A stretch of 64,000 bases of DNA from Longimicrobiales bacterium (GTDB lineage Bacteria > Gemmatimonadota > Gemmatimonadetes > Longimicrobiales > RSA9). Shown piece by piece: positions 54,803-64,000 of this stretch. The notes beneath the pieces were generated by a model that made no database searches, was not told the origin of the DNA, and was given only the letters and a program-made list of their open reading frames with translations. The translations under genes were made by a program, and so were the position numbers. Where the stretch lies: contig DATKCH010000001.1 of assembly GCA_035513295.1 (NCBI GenBank), positions 1-64,000 on the forward strand, written 5' to 3'. Each line of letters begins with the position of its first letter. Position 1 is the stretch's first letter.

Positions 54803-54890
54803 GGCCGAGTCGTGCGAGAAGGAAACGGGGCGACCCGGCAAGAGGAGGCCGGATCGCCCCGAGGGCAAGGAGGGTCGATCGCGCCGCCGC

Positions 54891-57329
54891 CTACTCGTAC
54901 CGCAGCGCCTCCATCGGGTCCACGAGCGTCGCGCGCCGAGCCGGCACATAGCTGGCCAGCAGCGTCACGGCCCCCAGCAGCACGACCACCGACCCGAAGA
55001 TGATCGGGTCCGCCGGATCCACCCGGAACAGCACGATCGCGAGACCCTTGGAGAGGAAGAACGCGATCACCAGCCCGATCGCCGATCCCACCAGGAGCTG
55101 CGTGAGGCCCTGCTTCATGATAAGGCCCAGGATGTCGCCGTTCGCGGCGCCGAGCGCGCGCCGTATCCCCAGCTCGCGGGTCCGCCGGCTCACCGAGAAA
55201 GCCACCACACCGTAGAGCCCGACCGAGGCCAGGAACAGCGCCGCCGCGCCGAACACCAGGAAGAGGGTCCCGAATACGCGGTAGAACCAGTTGTTCTGGT
55301 CGATCGCCTCGTCCAGCGGATTGACGAAGTAGATCGGCAGGTTGGGATCCACGGCGTTGACGGCGCGGCGGACCTCCTGCGTGATCGCGTTCGGTGAGCC
55401 GCGGGTGCGCGCGGCGATGCTCATGAAGCGTTGACTGGCCTGGGCCAGCGGACGGTAGTACCCCTCGCGCGGCGCGTCATCCTCGTTGTCGGCGATTCCG
55501 TTCATCATGAGGTCGGGGGAAACGCCGACCACGCTCAGCCACGGGTTCAGCGAATCCGGATCCTCGCCCGCGTACACGCGGAATCGCTTGCCGAGCGGAT
55601 CCTCGCCGGGGAAGAACCTGTCCGCGAAGGACTGGTTGACGATGCCGACGTCGAGCCCACCGGCGCGGTCCTGGGACGTGAAGTCCCGCCCCTGCAAGAG
55701 GGACACGTCGAAGGTCTCGAAGTGGCCCGGCGTGATCACCGCCTGCCGCGCCTGCGGGATGTCGCGCTCGGCTTCGTACGCCTGGCCCTCGATCTCCACG
55801 CGCGGAGCGGGAGCCCAGAGGCCGGGGAGGTTCGAAGTCAGAGCGGCCGCCTCCACTCCGGGGATCGCCGCGACGCGCGGCTGCACCTCCTGGTAGAAGC
55901 GAACCCGGTCCGCCTCCTCCGGATAGTCGGCGTCGAACAGGCCGATGCGGGCGGTGAACACGTTGTCGGCGGCGAACGGATACTCGATGTTCCGCAGCTG
56001 CGCGATGCTCTTCACCATGAGCCCGGCGCCGATGAGCAGCGCCACGGACAGCGCGATCTCCCCTCCGACCAGCGCCTTGTTGACCCAACCCATGCGGAAG
56101 CTGGAGCTGCCGCGCGTCTCGTCCTTCAGGATCTCGTTCACGTTCGCCCGCGACGCCTGCACCGCCGGAATGATCCCTGCCACGACCGTGGCCACGACCG
56201 CCAGGCCCACGACGAATGCGAGCACCTGCGGATCCAGCCCGATCTGAATCCAGAACGGAGGGTCCGTCGGCGCGATGGCCGCGTTGAACCCACGGATCCC
56301 GATCGCCGCGATGGCCACGCCGATCGCCGCGCCGACGAAGGCGAGCACGCCGGCTTCGGCCAGGAACTGGATGATGATGCGCCGCCGCGTGGCGCCTATC
56401 GCCGAGCGGATTCCCACCTCCTTGCTACGTTGCGCCGCGCGGCTGATGAGCAGGTTCGCGACGTTGATGCACGCGATCAGGAGGACGAGGAAGACCGCGA
56501 AGAGCATCGTGTACAGCATGAGCACGGGTTCCTGTCCGATGAACTCTTCGGTGTACGGCTTGATCAGCGGGACCACGCCTTCGTTCGTCTCCGGGTAGGC
56601 GGACGCGATGCGCGCGGCGATGCCCTGGAACTCGGCCAACGCCTGGTCCGGGGAGACGCCGTCGCGGAGGCGGCCGAAGACCTCCAGCCAGTTGCCATCG
56701 CCGCGCTCCAGCTCCAGGGCGTCCATGCGCAGCGGCACCCATACGTCCTCCGCGACCGGGAAGCGGAAGCCCTCCGGCATCACACCGACGATCGTGGTCG
56801 GCTCGCCGTTCACGGTCTCGACGCGGCCGATCACGTTGGGGTCGGACGCGTAGCGGTCGCGCCAGACCTCGTAACCGATCAGGATCACGGGCTCCGCTGT
56901 GGGCGCGTCCTCGCCCTCCCGGAACAGTCGTCCGAGGGCCGGCTGCACGCCCAGCATGCTGAACCCGTTGGCGCTGATGAACGCGCCGTCGAAGCGCTCG
57001 GGGCTTTCGCTTCCGGCCATGTTGACGGTTCCGCTGTAGAACGCCGCGAGATGGGTGAAGCTGGACTGTTGTTCCTTCCAGTCGAGGTAGTCGTGGATCG
57101 GCACGCCCATGCTCTCGATTTCCTCGGAGGGGTTCGCGCGCTCCACGTGCAGGATCCGCGCGGGCGCGTCGAACGGCAGGCCCTTGAGCAGCGCTCCGTA
57201 GACGATGCTGAACATCATCGTGGTGAGGCCGATGCCGAGCGCGAGCGCCACCACCGCCAGAAGGGAAGAACCCGGGTTCTTCGCGAGAAGCCGTGCGGCG
57301 AAGCGGATGTCGTTGCCGATGGAGTCCAT
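54891..57329 (-). CDS. ADOP-family (duplicated FtsX/MacB-like) ABC permease with no adjacent ATPase
   Basis: N-terminal MDSIGNDIRFAARLLAKNPGSSLLAVVALALGIGLTTMMFSIVYGALLKGLPFDAPARIL is the canonical ADOP signature. Two FtsX four-TM modules are separated by large extracytoplasmic domains. Confidence 0.8.
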   Translation of the reverse strand: MDSIGNDIRFAARLLAKNPGSSLLAVVALALGIGLTTMMFSIVYGALLKGLPFDAPARILHVERANPSEEIESMGVPIHDYLDWKEQQSSFTHLAAFYSGTVNMAGSESPERFDGAFISANGFSMLGVQPALGRLFREGEDAPTAEPVILIGYEVWRDRYASDPNVIGRVETVNGEPTTIVGVMPEGFRFPVAEDVWVPLRMDALELERGDGNWLEVFGRLRDGVSPDQALAEFQGIAARIASAYPETNEGVVPLIKPYTEEFIGQEPVLMLYTMLFAVFLVLLIACINVANLLISRAAQRSKEVGIRSAIGATRRRIIIQFLAEAGVLAFVGAAIGVAIAAIGIRGFNAAIAPTDPPFWIQIGLDPQVLAFVVGLAVVATVVAGIIPAVQASRANVNEILKDETRGSSSFRMGWVNKALVGGEIALSVALLIGAGLMVKSIAQLRNIEYPFAADNVFTARIGLFDADYPEEADRVRFYQEVQPRVAAIPGVEAAALTSNLPGLWAPAPRVEIEGQAYEAERDIPQARQAVITPGHFETFDVSLLQGRDFTSQDRAGGLDVGIVNQSFADRFFPGEDPLGKRFRVYAGEDPDSLNPWLSVVGVSPDLMMNGIADNEDDAPREGYYRPLAQASQRFMSIAARTRGSPNAITQEVRRAVNAVDPNLPIYFVNPLDEAIDQNNWFYRVFGTLFLVFGAAALFLASVGLYGVVAFSVSRRTRELGIRRALGAANGDILGLIMKQGLTQLLVGSAIGLVIAFFLSKGLAIVLFRVDPADPIIFGSVVVLLGAVTLLASYVPARRATLVDPMEALRYE

Positions 57330-57525
57330 GACGATCGGGGCCGGTGACTGGGTTCGGGAGCCGCGGTCGTGGCGTCGCGCGGCTGCGCTCCGCACCGACC
57401 ACCTCCGGGACTGGGCTGCCCTACGGCCCGCGACCGGAAGGGGTTTCAGCGGGTCCGATCCAATCTGCCGCGGCCGACCCCGAATGAGCCGACGGGTGGA
57501 CAGGCCCCCGCCGCGCCCCGGCTCG

Positions 57526-59766
57526 CTACTCGATCTCGACCCGCTGCTCCGCCGAAACGAACGCCACGTCGCGCAGGGACGGGAAGCGCAGGAAGGTGTC
57601 CGCGCCCGTCTCGCGCAGGCGCTGCTCCGTGAACCCCACCACGACCAGGTCGGCGGTGGAGGACCGGCGCTCGACGAGCGAGCGGAAGTCGACGCCGGCG
57701 CCGGTCGGGAGAATCCGGAGGTTCTTTCGGCTGACCGGGATGCGGCCGTCTTGGATCATCCCCTGCAGTCGCTCGGTCTGCGCCCCCACCTCATCCCGGG
57801 GTACGGCGGCGAAGATCGACATTTTGCCGTGCCGCCAGTCGTCGTGCCCCAGCAGGATGTAGCTGGTCAGGATCATCAGGGCGGCGTTCCCGTAGTCGTT
57901 CCACGTGAGCCAGACGTGCAGGTCGTGGCGGTCCCCGAAGAAGTGATCCCCGTGCCTGAGAACGACGCGGTTCATGCCGGTCGGACTGGCGAGCTCGCAC
58001 GCCCGCGTTACCTCCTCCACGACGCCCCGGTCGTCGTGCACGGAGAACTCGAACATGACCGTGTTGTTCTCCATTCCCGAAACCCCCGGGACCTGGAGGC
58101 TCTGCGCGAGCGCGGAACCCATCGACGGGCTGATGATCGTGTCCACGTACACCGCGCTCGACTTCTTCTGCGCGGACTCCAACAGACGCGGGAGGACCGC
58201 GCGCGCCTCGGCGACCGTAGCGGGATTCAGGTAGCCGGGGATGTAATGGAGGTAGGTCCCGAAGCCGTAGCGGCTGCCCAGCCAGGTAAGAAACCGGAAG
58301 GGCGCCGATCGATCGAACGTGCGCGGGGTGATCATGATGACGCTCGGGCGCCAGTCCCCTCCCTGGAAACTCTGAATGCGTACCTGGAGGTAGCGGGACG
58401 TCTGCGTCATGACGCCGTGGAAGATCGCGCCCAGGTCGTCGCCGGAAGCGCCCCGCGCGGACCGGATCACGAAATACAGCCCGGACATGACGAACAGGGC
58501 CAGCAGCGCGAACAGCAGGTCCATCTGGATCATGAGCAGCAGGCACATCACCGCGCCCAGAAGGCTCAGCCACCACTTGGAGCGGAAGACGGGCCGGTAG
58601 CCCGGGCGGGCCGCGAAGTGCTCGAGGAAGCTGATCGCGCACAGCGCGCCGTAGGTGACCATGAAGAACATCGAAACCACGCGAGCGACGAGGTCGACAG
58701 AACCGAGCAGGACCACGACGAACGCGATGATCGCCGTGACGATGGTGGCGTTGCGAGGCTCGTTGGTCGCCCCATCGCCCTCGGCCAGGTAGCGATTTGC
58801 GCGCTGGAGAGGGACGACCCGATCGGCGGAGATCGCCTGCAGGGTGCGCGGCGCAACGAGGATGGATCCGACGGCGGACGACAGCGTCGCGGCGGCCAGG
58901 CCGATCGGGATGATCGGACCCCAGAGCGCTATCTGGCTCATGACCAGCGGGTCGGACGCCAGCACCGACGGCGGCGCCGAACTCGCGAGCTTCACGACCA
59001 GCGCGACGTACACGATCATGCCGACGACCGTCGCCGAAATGATCCCCAGCGGGATCGACCGGCTGGGGTTCGCCAGGTCGCCGGACAGCCCCACCCCCGC
59101 GGTCATTCCCGTGAACGCCGGGAAGCAGATCGCGAACACGAGCATGAAGTCGTCGGGGGACGCCACGCGCTCCAGAAGCCCGGCCGACTCCGCGCCCACG
59201 ACCGGTGAACCGAGGAAGAAGAGGATGAGCGACGCCGCCAGGATCGCGACGACGACGTACAGCGCCTTGACGCCGAGGTTCGCGCCACGCGTCAGCATCA
59301 GCGCGACCAGCGCCACGGTGGCCGGCACCGAAACGAATCGCGGGTCGAAACCGATGCCGAGCGACCCCTCGATCACGCCCGTCAACGGCCGGAACGCCTC
59401 CGCGAAGGCGATCATGTAGAAAGCCACTGAGATCGCTTGGGACAGGAACAGCGCGATGCCGATCGCGCCGCCGATCGAAACCCCGAAGGAGCGGGAGATG
59501 ATGAAATACTCGCCTCCGCCCTCGACCTTCCGGTTGGTCGCGATCTCGGCGATCGCCAGCGCCGTCGGTATGGTGACCAGGTGCCCGATCACGATGATCG
59601 CGAACGCCCCGATCAGGCCCACGTTCCCCACCGCGTATCCGAAGCGCAGGAACATGATCGCGCCCAGGATCGTGCTGATGCTCGCGAGGAACACCGGCGC
59701 GGTGCCGAATCCGTGGCCCCCCTGCGTGAGGACGGGGGCGCTGCCCGCGGGCTGTCTCTGATTCAT
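57526..59766 (-). CDS. APC-superfamily transporter with an SLC12-type (cation-chloride cotransporter-like) C-terminal cytoplasmic domain
   Basis: Has an AA_permease core of about 12 TM (FGTAPVFLASISTILGAIMFLRFGYAVG) and a ~300-aa cytoplasmic C-terminal domain. Confidence 0.65.
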   Translation of the reverse strand: MNQRQPAGSAPVLTQGGHGFGTAPVFLASISTILGAIMFLRFGYAVGNVGLIGAFAIIVIGHLVTIPTALAIAEIATNRKVEGGGEYFIISRSFGVSIGGAIGIALFLSQAISVAFYMIAFAEAFRPLTGVIEGSLGIGFDPRFVSVPATVALVALMLTRGANLGVKALYVVVAILAASLILFFLGSPVVGAESAGLLERVASPDDFMLVFAICFPAFTGMTAGVGLSGDLANPSRSIPLGIISATVVGMIVYVALVVKLASSAPPSVLASDPLVMSQIALWGPIIPIGLAAATLSSAVGSILVAPRTLQAISADRVVPLQRANRYLAEGDGATNEPRNATIVTAIIAFVVVLLGSVDLVARVVSMFFMVTYGALCAISFLEHFAARPGYRPVFRSKWWLSLLGAVMCLLLMIQMDLLFALLALFVMSGLYFVIRSARGASGDDLGAIFHGVMTQTSRYLQVRIQSFQGGDWRPSVIMITPRTFDRSAPFRFLTWLGSRYGFGTYLHYIPGYLNPATVAEARAVLPRLLESAQKKSSAVYVDTIISPSMGSALAQSLQVPGVSGMENNTVMFEFSVHDDRGVVEEVTRACELASPTGMNRVVLRHGDHFFGDRHDLHVWLTWNDYGNAALMILTSYILLGHDDWRHGKMSIFAAVPRDEVGAQTERLQGMIQDGRIPVSRKNLRILPTGAGVDFRSLVERRSSTADLVVVGFTEQRLRETGADTFLRFPSLRDVAFVSAEQRVEIE

Positions 59767-59871
59767 CCAGGATCCAGTGGTATGTTTCTTTCAAAGCAAT
59801 ACGGCCCCGGAGTCAGCGTCGCCAACCGCGGGGCGATCCAGGGGTACAGCCAGAACGATAGCGAGGTTGCG

Positions 59872-60519
59872 ATGGACGAGCGCGATGAGTTCGGTGCGTC
59901 GACGCCGGAGACGTCCGGATCCGGCCACGCCCCCCCGGCCGACGCGCCGCAGGAACATCGGCCACCCTCCCACGTCGAGCGAGCGCCCGCGCGGCGCGGG
60001 AGTGGCCGCGACGTCGTGCGCACGGTCCTGATCGCGATCGCGGCGTTCGCGGTCGGTTTCGCGACAGGGTTCCTTCCCCAGTGGCAGAAGGCGCGCGACC
60101 TGTCCACGGAGCTGGAGGGAGTGCGCTACGACCTCGAGATCTCGCGCCTCCAGTCGACGCTGGGAGCCGCGCTCGCCGAGGTCGATCGCGGCAACTACGA
60201 ACGCGCCCGTCAGCTGACCTCGGTGTTCTACGTGGGATTGGACCGCCTGCAGGGTCGCGTGCCCGACGCGGCGCAGTCCGCGGTGATCGCGGACCTTTCG
60301 GGCGGGCGCGATGAAGTGATCACGTTGCTGTCCCGCGCGGTACCGGAAGTGCGCAGCCGGCTGGCGATCATGTACACCCGTTACTTCACCGCAATGGAGC
60401 CGCTGGGCCGCCAGTACGGGGGCGCAATGACGACCTCCCCGGAGGACGCGCCTGGCCCCGACGCGGGCAGCTCAGACGCGGCGGAGCCCGAGCCCCAGCC
60501 CGGGCGTTCCGGCTCCTGA
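59872..60519 (+). CDS. Hypothetical membrane-anchored protein
   Basis: Starts with ATG. Has one TM helix (VVRTVLIAIAAFAVGFATGFL) and a helical cytoplasmic/periplasmic region. Divergent from the SLC12-like gene. Confidence 0.4.
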   Translation: MDERDEFGASTPETSGSGHAPPADAPQEHRPPSHVERAPARRGSGRDVVRTVLIAIAAFAVGFATGFLPQWQKARDLSTELEGVRYDLEISRLQSTLGAALAEVDRGNYERARQLTSVFYVGLDRLQGRVPDAAQSAVIADLSGGRDEVITLLSRAVPEVRSRLAIMYTRYFTAMEPLGRQYGGAMTTSPEDAPGPDAGSSDAAEPEPQPGRSGS

Positions 60520-60538
60520 TGTTCATCGAGCCACCGGG

Positions 60539-61753
60539 TTGGAGGCAATCGTGAGGCGAATGTGTTGGTGGGCGGCACTGTGCGGTGCCGTCGCTACGAT
60601 GACCGCGCCGGCCCCGGCCCTCGGGCAGCGTTTTCCGGGCGCGGGAGGGGCGGAAATCCGGCTCGGCAGCGCGACCCCGCGCGACCTCCGCGCGGACGAA
60701 CTCTCCATCGGGCGTTCCCTCTCGGCGGACGTGGACCTGGGGTACCTGGGCCGGCCGTGGGTGAGAACCATCGCGGGCGTCCATCATTTTCGTACGGATA
60801 TCAAGTCGGGGGATGCCACGCGCGGCGACGCCAGCGCGTTCGCGGTGCGTGCGGGCTTGCGCGCGGACGCATTCACTGCCAGCCGAACGGCCGCATCCGC
60901 CCTGGCCGCGGTGTCCCTCCAGACGGTCCGGGCGAGCGTGCCCGAGGATCCCACGACCGAGGGTCTGCTCGATGGGGTCTACGCGGGATTCACGCTGGGC
61001 GCCGGCGTCCGCCGCGCGCTGGATCGACAGGCGCGCGCGTCGCTCGTGGCGGAGGTCCGCCGTACGTTCGTCCCCAACCTCAATCACTGGGCCTTCGAAG
61101 CCGGGATCCGGTACATGATCCTGGGGACCGGCGCCTACGTTTCCGCGCCCGAGCCGGTTCCCGAGCCCGTCGGCTTCGCCGACCGCGAAGAAGGGGCGGA
61201 CGCCAGGGCCCGCGCGCGGGACGAAGAGCGACTGCGAGCCGAGCAGGAGGCGCGCGCCGCGCGCGACATGCGCAGCGGGGCGGAAGCGGAGGCGGCGCGG
61301 CGGGAGCTAGAGGAACGCCGCGGCCAGGGACCGCCCCGCCTGGGCGAGGCGTTGCGCGACCTGGACAGGGTCCTCGTGAACATCGCGGGCGTCACGGAAA
61401 CGGAAAGAGGGCTCGTGGTGACCCTCGGCAGCGGCGTGTTCGCCAGCGGCCAGCCGAGCCTGACCGATCAGGCGCGCGGCGAATTAGGCCGCATCGCGGA
61501 GATCCTGGGCGCGTATCCGGACCGGACCATCCTGGTGGAGGGGCACACCGACTCGGTCGGCGCCGAGGAGGCCAACCGGGTGCTCAGCGAGCACCGCGCG
61601 GCGGCGGTGAAGGCAGCCCTGGTGGCGTACGGCGTGGACGCCCACCGCGTCTCCGCGGTCGGTTACGGCGAGGGCCGCCCGCTGACCGACAACGAGACCC
61701 CCTCCGGGCGCGCCTCGAACCGGCGCGTCGAGATCATCGTGCTGGATCCTTGA
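60539..61753 (+). CDS. OmpA-family protein (beta-barrel/coiled-coil N-terminal part plus C-terminal OmpA_C peptidoglycan-binding domain)
   Basis: Has a signal peptide and the C-terminal OmpA_C motif (ILVEGHTDSVGAEEANRVLSEHRAAAVKAALVAYGVD...NRRVEIIVLD). Confidence 0.7.
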   Translation: MEAIVRRMCWWAALCGAVATMTAPAPALGQRFPGAGGAEIRLGSATPRDLRADELSIGRSLSADVDLGYLGRPWVRTIAGVHHFRTDIKSGDATRGDASAFAVRAGLRADAFTASRTAASALAAVSLQTVRASVPEDPTTEGLLDGVYAGFTLGAGVRRALDRQARASLVAEVRRTFVPNLNHWAFEAGIRYMILGTGAYVSAPEPVPEPVGFADREEGADARARARDEERLRAEQEARAARDMRSGAEAEAARRELEERRGQGPPRLGEALRDLDRVLVNIAGVTETERGLVVTLGSGVFASGQPSLTDQARGELGRIAEILGAYPDRTILVEGHTDSVGAEEANRVLSEHRAAAVKAALVAYGVDAHRVSAVGYGEGRPLTDNETPSGRASNRRVEIIVLDP

Positions 61754-61795
61754 GACCCCTGAGCGCGAGCTGCCCGTGGCGCCGAGACGCCGGCG

Positions 61796-61854
61796 TTGAC
61801 GGCGGCCGATGGCAGTGCTACAATCGTAGCATCAGAGTGCTACGAACGTAGCAT
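61796..61854 (+). promoter_or_regulatory. blaI-blaR1 promoter TTGACG-N17-TACAAT overlapped by two 18-bp dyad operators GTGCTAC-N4-GTAGCAT
   Basis: The -35 is at 61796-61801 and the -10 at 61819-61824. Dyad 1 is at about 61815-61832 and dyad 2 at about 61837-61854, with centres 22 bp apart. The blaI ATG is 45 nt downstream. Confidence 0.6.
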
Positions 61855-61898
61855 TTGGGCCGCGCCTGCCCTCTACATCGATCCACGCGCCCGGAACC

Positions 61899-62282
61899 AT
61901 GGCCAACCACTCCACACTATCCCGCCGCGAGCGGCAGATCATGGATGTCCTCTATCGCCGGAGAGCCGCATCGGCCGCCGACGTGCGGGAAGGACTCCCC
62001 GATCCGCCCGGCTATTCGGCGGTACGGGCGATGCTGGCCAAGCTCGAGCGAAAGGGTCACCTCGCCCACGTCGAGGAGGGGGGGCGCTACATCTACCGCC
62101 CCATCGTTCCACGCGATGAGGCCAGTCGCTCCGCGCTGAAGCGTATGGTCAGCACGTTCTTCGATGATTCCCCGGCGCGCACCGTCGCCGCCATCCTCGA
62201 CATGGAGTCGCTGGACATGAACGAAGACGAACTCGATCGGCTGGCGTGCATGATCGACGAGGCTCGGAGGAGGGGAGGATGA
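61899..62282 (+). CDS. BlaI/MecI/CopY-family transcriptional repressor
   Basis: Has the Penicillinase_R profile (LSRRERQIMDVLYRRRAASAADVREGL ... YSAVRAMLAKLERKGHL). Confidence 0.8.
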   Translation: MANHSTLSRRERQIMDVLYRRRAASAADVREGLPDPPGYSAVRAMLAKLERKGHLAHVEEGGRYIYRPIVPRDEASRSALKRMVSTFFDDSPARTVAAILDMESLDMNEDELDRLACMIDEARRRGG

Positions 62283-64000
62283 CGGGCTTCGCGTTCCTGG
62301 CCGATGTGGCCTTGAAGAGCGTCCTCATTCTCGCGGCGGCCACCGCGGTAATCGCCACGCTCCGGGGTTCCTCCGCCGCGTTCCGACACATGCTCTGGAC
62401 GCTGGCCCTCGCGTCGGTCGCCGCCCTGCCGGTTCTGAAGGCGGGCCTGCCGGGCTGGTCGCCGCCCGGCGCCGTCCTGCTCTCCCGGGGGGTCGCTAGC
62501 GACGGCGGTGCGGAGAGCGTCCGTGATCGGGGCGAGGCCACGGCTCCGCAAGCCGACGCGTCCGCTCCGGTGGGCGCCGGTAACGCCGAGATCGACCCGG
62601 AACGCGCCGGGGGCGTCCTGACCGACCGCCCGCGTGACGCCGCGGCGTCCGGCGGGAGACCCGCCGAGGTGGCGGCCTCGAGCGGCGGGGAAGATGCGCG
62701 ACCCGTGTCGGGACCGGCCGGGGGCGGCGCCGTGGCCGCGACCGGTTCGCCCGACGACCCCGCGCGCACCGGCCACGAAGCTGGCCTAGAGGGGGCCCTT
62801 CCGTGGGCCGGCCTGCTCGTGGCGCTCTGGGGCGCCGGCGTGCTGGCGGTCCTGGGCAGGAACTGGCTCGGCCTGCGGGCGGTCCGACGGCTCGAACGAC
62901 GGTGCACGCCGATCGAGGGCGGGCCGGTCCTGGCGCAGGTGAACCGCCTGGCGCGCGAGGCGGGCATCCCGGCTCCGCGGCTGCTGCGTGGTCCCGAGGA
63001 TCTCATGCCCATGGCGTGGGGGGTCTTGCGTCCAACCATCGCCCTTCCCGCGGCGTTCGCCGGCTGGCACCCCGGGCGAGTGCGCGCCGTGCTCCGCCAC
63101 GAGATCGCGCACGTCCGCCGCCGCGACCCGCTGTCACAGTGGCTCGCCGCCGTCGTCTGCGCGCTCCACTGGTACAACCCGTTCGCGTGGCACGCCGCGG
63201 GCCGGCTGCGCGCCGAGCGGGAGCTCGCGTGCGACGACGAAGCGATCGCCGACGCGACACGCCCGAGCGACTACGCCGCCGAGCTCGTCGGGGTCGCGCG
63301 CACGATGCGCGCGCCCGCGGCCGGGCCCGCGCTGCCGATGGCTCGCCCGTCGCAGTTGAGCGCGCGCGTGCAGGCGCTGCTCGACGACCGGCGCAGGCGC
63401 GCGCCCGTGCGCCGGGCATCGGTATTCGTCGGAGCGTGCGTCTCGGCGCTCGTCGTCGCGCCTCTCGCCGCCGCAGCTCCGACGGACGCGCGCGTGGAGT
63501 CCGGCGCGAGGCTCGACGCCGCGGCCGAAGGCGGCGCCGTCGAAGCGCCGGCTGCGCTTGCGGATGCCGCCGATCGGGCGCCGAGCACGCGCGGCCGCGA
63601 CCAGCTCACGCACGGGGATCTCGACACGGGCTCGCACCCCTCCCGCTGCTGGGAAGGTGACTGGCACGGTTCGAGGACGCACAACGTCAACGACGAGAGG
63701 CACCGCCTCAAATGGGAATCGGGCGACTGCGAGCTGGACCTGCGCCTGGAGGGCGACGTTCGTTTCACCCGTGAGCTGGACGGAATCGACTACATGGGCC
63801 CGGGCGCTCGTTTCCTCCTGCGGGAGGACGATGGGGGCGTGCGCCGGGAACTGGAGGCGGCGCCCGCCCGGGACGGCGCCCCGGTATACACGTTCCGCCT
63901 GAGCGGACGCTCGGCGCCCTTCGACGCCGACGCGCGCCGCTGGTTCGCCGCCATCGTGCTGCAGCTGGCGCGGCACACCGCCTTCGGCGCGGAGCAACGC
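62279..64000 (+). CDS. BlaR1-like M56-family membrane metalloprotease signal transducer (3' end outside the window; absent from the ORF track)
   Basis: I translated it by hand from the ATG that overlaps the blaI stop (ATGA). It carries the M56 HExxH motif (RHEIAHVRRRD) and at least four TM helices. The frame stays open to the end of the window. Confidence 0.7.
   Translation, partial: MTGFAFLADVALKSVLILAAATAVIATLRGSSAAFRHMLWTLALASVAALPVLKAGLPGWSPPGAVLLSRGVASDGGAESVRDRGEATAPQADASAPVGAGNAEIDPERAGGVLTDRPRDAAASGGRPAEVAASSGGEDARPVSGPAGGGAVAATGSPDDPARTGHEAGLEGALPWAGLLVALWGAGVLAVLGRNWLGLRAVRRLERRCTPIEGGPVLAQVNRLAREAGIPAPRLLRGPEDLMPMAWGVLRPTIALPAAFAGWHPGRVRAVLRHEIAHVRRRDPLSQWLAAVVCALHWYNPFAWHAAGRLRAERELACDDEAIADATRPSDYAAELVGVARTMRAPAAGPALPMARPSQLSARVQALLDDRRRRAPVRRASVFVGACVSALVVAPLAAAAPTDARVESGARLDAAAEGGAVEAPAALADAADRAPSTRGRDQLTHGDLDTGSHPSRCWEGDWHGSRTHNVNDERHRLKWESGDCELDLRLEGDVRFTRELDGIDYMGPGARFLLREDDGGVRRELEAAPARDGAPVYTFRLSGRSAPFDADARRWFAAIVLQLARHTAFGAEQR

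Noticed and set aside
57791-59794. 667-aa minus-strand ORF overlapping the SLC12-like gene
   Set aside because: It is an alternate frame of the same locus with Arg/Gly/Pro-rich composition. The other frame gives a clean 12-TM APC fold.

Overview
This is a gene-dense, ~70% GC chromosomal segment read on both strands. I found no transposases, integrases, CRISPR arrays or rRNA. The gene content (an ADOP-type duplicated FtsX permease, DUF3108, a membrane-anchored SARP/BTAD-TPR regulator, many lipoproteins) suggests a Gemmatimonadota/Acidobacteriota-like Gram-negative genome.

Main content, left to right:
- a flotillin/NfeD/Spy-like envelope module, divergent from a periplasmic-sensor GGDEF-EAL gene;
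- a HemQ-like protein;
- a TerB-like two-gene operon;
- an ArsR/SRPBCC operon with a clear promoter-operator;
- an M23 peptidase, a TonB-like protein and an amidohydrolase lipoprotein;
- an LPS-core-type glycosylation cluster: a Kdo-kinase-like protein, a GT9 heptosyltransferase, two paralogous GT2s, a pyruvyl transferase, a GT4, an MsbA-like exporter, a DPM/ArnC-like GT2 and DUF3108;
- two deoxyhypusine-synthase-like paralogues, a second MsbA-like ABC exporter, speA and arfB;
- Fpg/Nei, then tRNA-Glu(CUC) and tRNA-Val(CAC) separated by a terminator hairpin;
- an array of three cation/proton antiporters plus an SPC-type P1B ATPase;
- a cytoplasmic multi-GAF/PAS histidine kinase co-transcribed with a receiver-less, membrane-anchored SARP-TPR regulator;
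- HAD, TrmH and EamA proteins;
- a BNR-propeller/M23 lipoprotein, a D-aminoacylase, an ADOP permease, an SLC12-like transporter and an OmpA-like protein;
- a BlaI/BlaR1 pair with a textbook promoter and double-dyad operator.

The very high GC content produces many long antisense ORFs in the six-frame track; I rejected these. Coordinates I derived myself (refined starts, motifs, hairpins) may be off by 1-2 nt.
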